Source: Octopus sinensis (taxonomy: Eukaryota). Taken from it: 64,000 nucleotides of DNA. The stretch spans positions 28,396,001 through 28,460,000 of the forward strand of contig NC_043004.1 in NCBI RefSeq assembly GCF_006345805.1. The letters run 5' to 3'. How positions within the stretch are numbered: the first letter of the stretch is position 1; every line of letters begins with the position of its first letter. Under the pieces are notes generated by a model, which was not told the origin of the DNA, made no database searches, and saw only the letters and a program-made list of their open reading frames with translations. The translations under genes were made by a program, and so were the position numbers. Positions 53,775 through 64,000 of this stretch are shown here, piece after piece.

Positions 53775-54302
53775 TGAGCTTTTGATCTTAACTTATTGGA
53801 AGTGTTATCATGAATATGTTTTGTATTGGTATAAAAGATGGGCTACAGTAAATATTCTGCTCAATACCACAGATTTGCTTATCAGTTGCTTGATCTAAAC
53901 AACTTGAACATGTTCCTTAATGGTTGGCGATATATACATCACTGATCACGAGCAGAAGTGGTGGGGGGGGCATCATAGTTATTTGTTGAGAGGAATTCTT
54001 CAGGATTTGAATAATTCATCTCTGGAAACATGGAAAATTGCCTCCGGAAACTGAGTGTTCATCATCCTTAAACAGGCATTTCGAGCACGATGGGATACTC
54101 GACCTGAAGAAAACTCTAACTGGGCTCCACCGGTAAGGTCATGCGTTGTTTATTTTGATATGAGATCTCCATGTCACGCACATATGGTTGTGACGCATGT
54201 GCCTCGTGTACCCTTATCAGACGGGTAGTCATGATGGAGATATTTGACTTCGAATATTTGTACCCCAGCGTCACTTCGATGGCATGCGCTACTCTCTCAC
54301 TC
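53775..54302 (+). mobile_element. Unclassified (AAT)n-associated element, diverged copy
   Basis: Aligns to 54684-55241; same right end CTCTCTCACTC|AAT. Confidence 0.85.
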
Positions 54303-54328
54303 AATAATGATGATGATGATGATGATAA

Positions 54329-54377
<49 letters not shown>

Positions 54378-54590
54378 TTCTACTATAGGCACAAAGTTTG
54401 AATTTTTGGAGGCAGAGGACTAGTCGATCTCGTCGACGCCCGTGTTGAACTGGTACTTAATTTATCGACTTCGAAAGGATGAAAAGCAAAGTCGGCCTCG
54501 GCGGAATTTGAACTCAGAACATATAGATGGACGAAATGCCTCTAATTATTTTGCCCATCGTGCTAAACATTCTGCCAGCTCGCCGCTTTT
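54378..54590 (-). mobile_element. SINE group A2
   Basis: Reverse-oriented head and core; trinucleotide repeats on both sides. Confidence 0.8.
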
Positions 54591-54623
54591 AATAATAGTA
54601 ATAATAATAATAGTAATAATAAC

Positions 54624-54683
<60 letters not shown>

Positions 54684-54687
<4 letters not shown>

Positions 54688-55241
54688 GCCCTGATGCAGT
54701 ACAAGGCAGTGGTTCTCATGGCTTCTGATCTTAACTGATTGGAAGTGTTATCATGTACATTGTTTTGTCTTGGTATAAAAGAGGGGCTACAGCAAATATT
54801 CTGCTCAATACCACAGATTTGCTTGTCAGTTGTTTAACCATAACCAGTTGAGCATGTCCCTTAGTGGCTGATGATATGTGCATCTCTGATCACGAGCAGA
54901 AGTAGTGGGGGAGTATCATAGCCATGTGTTGAGAGGGATTCTTTGGGGTTTGAATAATTCACCTCTGGGAACATGGCTGTTTCGTTCAACATCCTTAAAC
55001 AACCCTTACTCAGGGACCTTTTGAGCAGGATGGGTTACTCGACCAGAAGAAAATTCTAACTGGGCCCCACCTACAAGGTCATGTGCTGTTTATCTTGATA
55101 TGAGATCATCATGTCGCGCACATATGGTTGTGATGCATGTGCCTGGTGTACCCTTATCAGACGGGTAGTCATGACGGGTAAACTGGGCTTCGTATATTTT
55201 ACCCCAGTGTCACTTTAATGGCATGCACTGCTCTCTCTCTC
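54684..55241 (+). mobile_element. Unclassified 558-bp (AAT)n-associated element, apparently full length
   Basis: Bounded by (AAT)n on both sides; two further copies in the window; no long ORF, TIR or tRNA boxes seen. Confidence 0.85.
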
Positions 55242-55244
55242 AAT

Positions 55245-55301
<57 letters not shown>

Positions 55302-55302
<1 letters not shown>

Positions 55303-56670
55303 GACGAGTTAGATCAATACTAAACACAGAGCTCAATGCTAAAAACAAGATAATAGGTATCAACACTTTAGCTGTCCCAGTTATAAGTTACAGCTACAAT
55401 ATCCTTAACTGGACACGAAATGAACTGACCAAAATAGATAGGAAAACAAGAAAAATAATGACAGGATCTAGGATGCATCACCCAAAATCTGACATAGAAA
55501 GACTATATATACAACGTATAGAAGGTGGTAGAGGCTTTATACAGCTGGAAAACTACTATAAAATAACCACCATAGGACTGCAAAAATATCTACTTCAGAA
55601 GGAAGGAAAACTGATCCAGATAGCGGCAAAACACGAGCAAAACAAAAAACTGTTCTCAGTATTTAAGGAAGCTGACAAATACAAACAAGAAATCATACCA
55701 CCTAATAAACATGAAGAAGAAGAAGATGAAGAAACAACAAAAGCTATAAAAAAAATGAAATCCAAACTAAAAATAGAACAGCAACGAACCATGATAAAAC
55801 GATGGCAAGAAAAGCCCCTTCATGGTAAATACTGGACTAAACTAAACGCAAAAGAAATAGACAAAGAAAAATCCCAGCAATGGTTGAGAAGCTCAGGACT
55901 CAAAGCAGAAACAGAGGGATTTTTAATTGCAGCACAAGACCAAAGCCTCCCCACCAGAAATTACCAAAAACATGTAATGAAAAGAAATATTACAAGTAAC
56001 TGCAGAATATGTGGAGATGGACAAGAAACAATAAATCATATTATCTCTAGCTGCCCAGTCCTGGCTAAGAAGGAATATATTCACAGACATGACAGAGTTG
56101 GAACTTACATACATTGGAAGCTATGCCAACATTATGGAATAACAACAGAAAAAAGATGGTATAGGCACACACCAGAAAAGGTCACAGAAAACGAGAAAGC
56201 AACCATACTCTGGGATATGCCGATACACACAGATAGAGAAATTAAGGCCAACAGACCAGATATAGTTGTCAGAGACCATGAAGAAAAAAAATGCTTTCTA
56301 ATTGATGTATCAGTACCGGCAGATGACAACGTGTCTCTAAAAGAAATGGAGAAACTCTCAAAATACAAAGACCTGGAAATAGAGGTAACTAGAATGTGGA
56401 ATCTGAAAACAGAAACAATTCCTATCATAGTAGGTGCATTAGGCATGATAAAAAAATATTCAGACAAATACATAACAAAAACACCAGGACTTACAAACAC
56501 ATATAACATACAGAAAATTGCACTACTAGGCACTGCACACATCCTACGCAGAACACTTTCCATACAATAACCATCAGAGCATCACAACAAATCACAGCAC
56601 ATACCCAAGGCACACAGAGCTGCGCTCGGTAGTGAAGTGAAAGCACGCTATAAAAATAAAAATAAAACTA

Positions 56671-56673
<3 letters not shown>
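55302..56673 (+). mobile_element. 5'-truncated R4/Dong-clade LINE (post-RT region, CCHC finger, RLE endonuclease, 3' UTR) in (AAT)n
   Basis: Open frame to the stop at 56568-56570 with CRICGDGQETINHIISSC and RPDIVVRD...LIDVSVP; (AAT)n on both sides. Confidence 0.95.
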
Positions 56674-56710
<37 letters not shown>

Positions 56711-56711
56711 G

Positions 56712-56901
56712 TTTATACTACAGGCACAATACCTGCTATTTTGAGGAAGGGGGCTAGTCGATGACATGGACCCCCTGCACTTGACTGTACTATATTTTAT
56801 CGACCCCGAAATGCTGAAAAGCAAAGTCGACCTCGGTAACGTCTTAACTCAAACGTTAAGCATTTTGTCCGACATGCTAACGATTTTACCATCTCGCCGC
56901 C

Positions 56902-56903
<2 letters not shown>
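56712..56903 (-). mobile_element. SINE group A2, diverged
   Basis: ATCGACCCCGAAATGCTGAAAAGCAAAGTCGACCTCGG core in reverse; (AAT)n on both sides. Confidence 0.75.
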
Positions 56904-56953
<50 letters not shown>

Positions 56954-57150
56954 GCATTGTCGATGTGAGAACTGTTGCTGCTCATGTATTTTAATTTAAC
57001 TTTAAAAAAAAAAAAAAAAAATGAACGAACTACTGAGTTTGGTTTAATGGCCTACCAATATACACTATGAGTTTCTTTGCCCTAGGAGTCGGGAAGACAC
57101 TCGGCAAGAAATGGAAGAAAATTTGAAAGAAGAAAAAAAAAAGTAATAAC

Positions 57151-57182
<32 letters not shown>

Positions 57183-57192
57183 CAACAACAAC

Positions 57193-57340
57193 AGCAAAGT
57201 ACCAGGACCTAGCTATTGAATTGCAGAAAGTACGGGTAAAATGTACCGCAGTAGTTATAAGTGCATTGGGAATTATCCCTAAATATCTCAACAGATGGAT
57301 AGAGGAAAGGAGGTTCTTGGCATCTAAGGCAATTTGTTGT
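57193..57340 (+). pseudogene. Short RLE-type LINE C-terminal relic
   Basis: KYQDLAIELQK...VVISALGIIPKYLNRWIE directly after (AAT)n(AAC)n. Confidence 0.6.
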
Positions 57341-57379
57341 AGTCCGATGAAAAGAAACACATGTTTCTTTGATTTTAAT

Positions 57380-58070
57380 TTATATAATTAATCAAGATAA
57401 TAATTCCCCTCATATATCTCATCTATATGGCAAATTGTTAATCTCTCATGTAGAAAGTTCTTCAGGTTTCAAAGAACACCACACAATTATTTTTAACCTT
57501 TCAAAAATTAATAAACCGTGTTTCCAATTAATGGCAATACTCGCTGCATTAACTGTTTCGTTTTGGTTTAACGTGTTAACCGCTGTCGTTTGCGTTACAT
57601 ATATTCATAGAGAACCCACTTTTCATCACTCGTGATGATTCTATGAAAGGTTCGGTATCAAGTCTGCTCTTCAATGATGAGCAGAGAGAAACTCTTTGAT
57701 AAAGTTGCGCAATAGATAATAACGGATGCGCTTTTTCTAGTTCTTTAAGGTGTTTTATAACCGAAGTATAGCTTAAATTGAACTGTTTTGCTAACTCTCG
57801 TGCAGTTTGCCTTAGATTTTCCTTAACTACGGTTTTCGAAAAACCAATATCAACAAAAATCAGTCGTCCAGATCGCGGGAAATCTGTGAGAGAAAAACTT
57901 CCTGAGCAAAACTGGCCAAACTATCGCTGGCACATGGGGACAGTTAATGCTTGTTTTCCGTAGGCAAAAACGATTATTCCTTGCCGCTCCCATTGCTTGA
58001 AATCTCCCTTTGAATTTCATGCAGCATGCAGTGTCTGATATGGTCCTGAACACAACTCATTTTAAACGGG
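57380..58070 (-). pseudogene. Decayed mariner transposase
   Basis: HIRHCMLHEIQR..., ENLRQTARELAKQFN, RVSLCSSL..R...EPF.RIITSDEKWVLY; homologous to 22640-23320. Confidence 0.78.
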
Positions 58071-60151
58071 GAAAATGGATGCGAATTAGAACATTATGGA
58101 ATAAAATAATCTATAAAGAACGTAAAAAACCATGCATATCTTCAGCAGGTAATGAAAATGTACTCTCAAAATGATTGTGTCAGTAATGCGGCAGGACTTT
58201 ATGGGAGCCAGTTTGAACTTTACATCAAATTAAACGTTTGAGTTTGATTTATTTACTAATTTCCAATCGCATGTATACATCACAAGATCACTATTCCAGT
58301 CTGTGTTGTTAATTTTATCTAATACATTCAGCCATTGTTGCAATTATCTCATAACTTATTGCCATTGATCCCTATGAGTTTTCACTGCATTATATATGTA
58401 TTTACGCGCGTGTCTGTCTGTCTGCGTGTCTCGGTGTCCGTGTGTGTGTACATGCGCTCGTATGTCTGTGTGTGTGTATTATTTGGTTTTCAAAAGAAAA
58501 CAGGAAAAAAAAATTATGAGAAATTAATCTATTTTCTGATACCGCCTGTCCCATGCTATTTGTTGTATGCATGAAAAATTATACTTTAAGCGGAAATAAT
58601 ATCTCGAATTGCTTATATATTGATGTGTCTTGAACCCAAAACATTGCATCAGTAAAAGTTATACCATAGTTTCCACAGAGGACACCGGTACAATCTATGT
58701 GAATATTTCAGCGATAAAAAAATGTTTATGAAGTTGCATGAAGCACTGCGTTTTTGTCTTATTTTTAATTATGAATAATGGTGTCACGATAATTCGTATC
58801 ACCATGAATTTTGTTCTTAGAAATAGTTAACTTTGAACAGAGTCATTTCATTTCATTTGAAAACTTTTATGATGCAACGCAAATCGTTGTTGAATATTTC
58901 TTACAACTAAATTAACATATGTATAAGAGTAATGTAATCTAAATGCGATATTTTCGCTGAAGAAAAATAAAGATTGACTAATGAAAATGATTTGAAAATA
59001 AATAATAAAATGTTAGGGAGATGTAAAGGGTAAGTGGAAAGAAAATGCCCTAAGAACGACACTGGCGAAGTTTTGCATGACTACCGCAACAACGAATGTA
59101 AAAAAGGCGCTCTCTAATTGTTCAGTTACAGTTAGTTTAAGCCAAATAAATCTTTGCAGTGCATTCTCCATTTGCTGTCAATGGCGGCGTCTTGCTGTGC
59201 ATCCAAGCCAAGACGAATTGCTAGATAACTACTGTCACGAGACAGAACTGTCTCCTTTGTATATCGTTTCTTTAGTCAGCAGTTTAGTGCAAACTTTAAT
59301 TCCTTCGTTTTCTTTTATTTGTTGCTTTATACTCTTAAATTCTACATATGAACACTTGCTTTCTTCCCCTTTCTTGTTGCATGTTCTTAAAGTAGGGTTT
59401 CACATTTTTGTTCTGCTCACTAGCAAACTGTTTCATCCGAACAACCATCTTGTGGTTGTTACAAACATCGGCTGCATTCAGTAATCACTAGGATAAAAGA
59501 ATCGATCGGAAAACGTCTATGGGTGTTCGAACAGCTAGGCAGCAGCAGAAATTTTTTTCCCCCACAAAACACTTTGGATGACGTAACCTGGGTACACCAT
59601 TATGCCTCAAAATATGTCGTATAGTGACGGCTAGAATGTCTTTAATCATAAATTTCTAGTGATCAAGGCTGGCCTAGGTCTAAACAGCAGCTCGAATAAA
59701 ATAGTGAATTTCAGTTCTGTTGATCTTCCAGCAAGTTATTCAGTGAAACTTACATAGCTGAATATTATTCGTCAGTTTTTGAAATGAGAAACAGTATAGC
59801 ACTGAAATAGTTACTCTGTTTCCAGTAGAACATTCTACAACCTTTAGCATCACATTCCGTACCTACTACAGCCTCTCTCCTCTCTACAAACCTACAGTTT
59901 CTCTCGTTTCTCTCCTTCGACAACTTTTCACAATGCTGCCAATTAAAAATGATTCAATGAATAATCATTCTAATCACAAACAGAATGGGGTAAATACAAT
60001 AGAAAGTAAAAGTAAGGTATTTTTCATATTAATAACTGGAATTTCAAAGAGAAAGCATGGTAGTGAAAGGATTTGTGAGAGTACAATATAAACATTTCTT
60101 TCTAGGTCTCTTCATTGTGACAGAATCTGAGAGAGAAAGGTATACAGTGAC

Positions 60152-64000
<3,849 letters not shown>

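Noticed and set aside
54868-54905. CTGATGA in the 558-bp element as a hammerhead core
   Set aside because: No GAAA after a stem II, and the motif is not conserved in the other two copies.
59077-59484. 135-aa ORF and its antisense frames
   Set aside because: No recognisable motifs or splice context; could be an old TE fragment but cannot be assigned.

Overview
AT-rich, microsatellite-dense animal genomic DNA. The repeat families suggest an Octopus-like cephalopod (inference). Only one host coding exon is recognisable: the first coding exon of a BMI1/PCGF (Psc-like) RING gene at 39786-39897 (+); the remaining ~24 kb looks like its intron. Everything else is mobile DNA: three tRNA-derived SINE groups (some with swapped tails), R4/Dong RLE-type LINE fragments sitting in (AAT)n, a young Tx1-clade LINE (60354 to window end, minus), Penelope-like (PLE) RT relics, two mariner relics and two non-autonomous Helitrons. 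Most notable: (1) a fold-back tRNA-head/PLE-tail element with two minimal hammerhead ribozyme motifs (1199-2315); (2) a SINE whose last ~50 nt match the 3' end of the Tx1 LINE in the same window; (3) a decayed coding island at ~30.3-33.7 kb that may be an endogenous parvovirus-like element; (4) an (AAT)n-anchored nest of insertions at 53.8-57.3 kb, including an unclassified 558-bp element. All family assignments come from manual motif recognition, not database searches; coordinates of old repeats are approximate.
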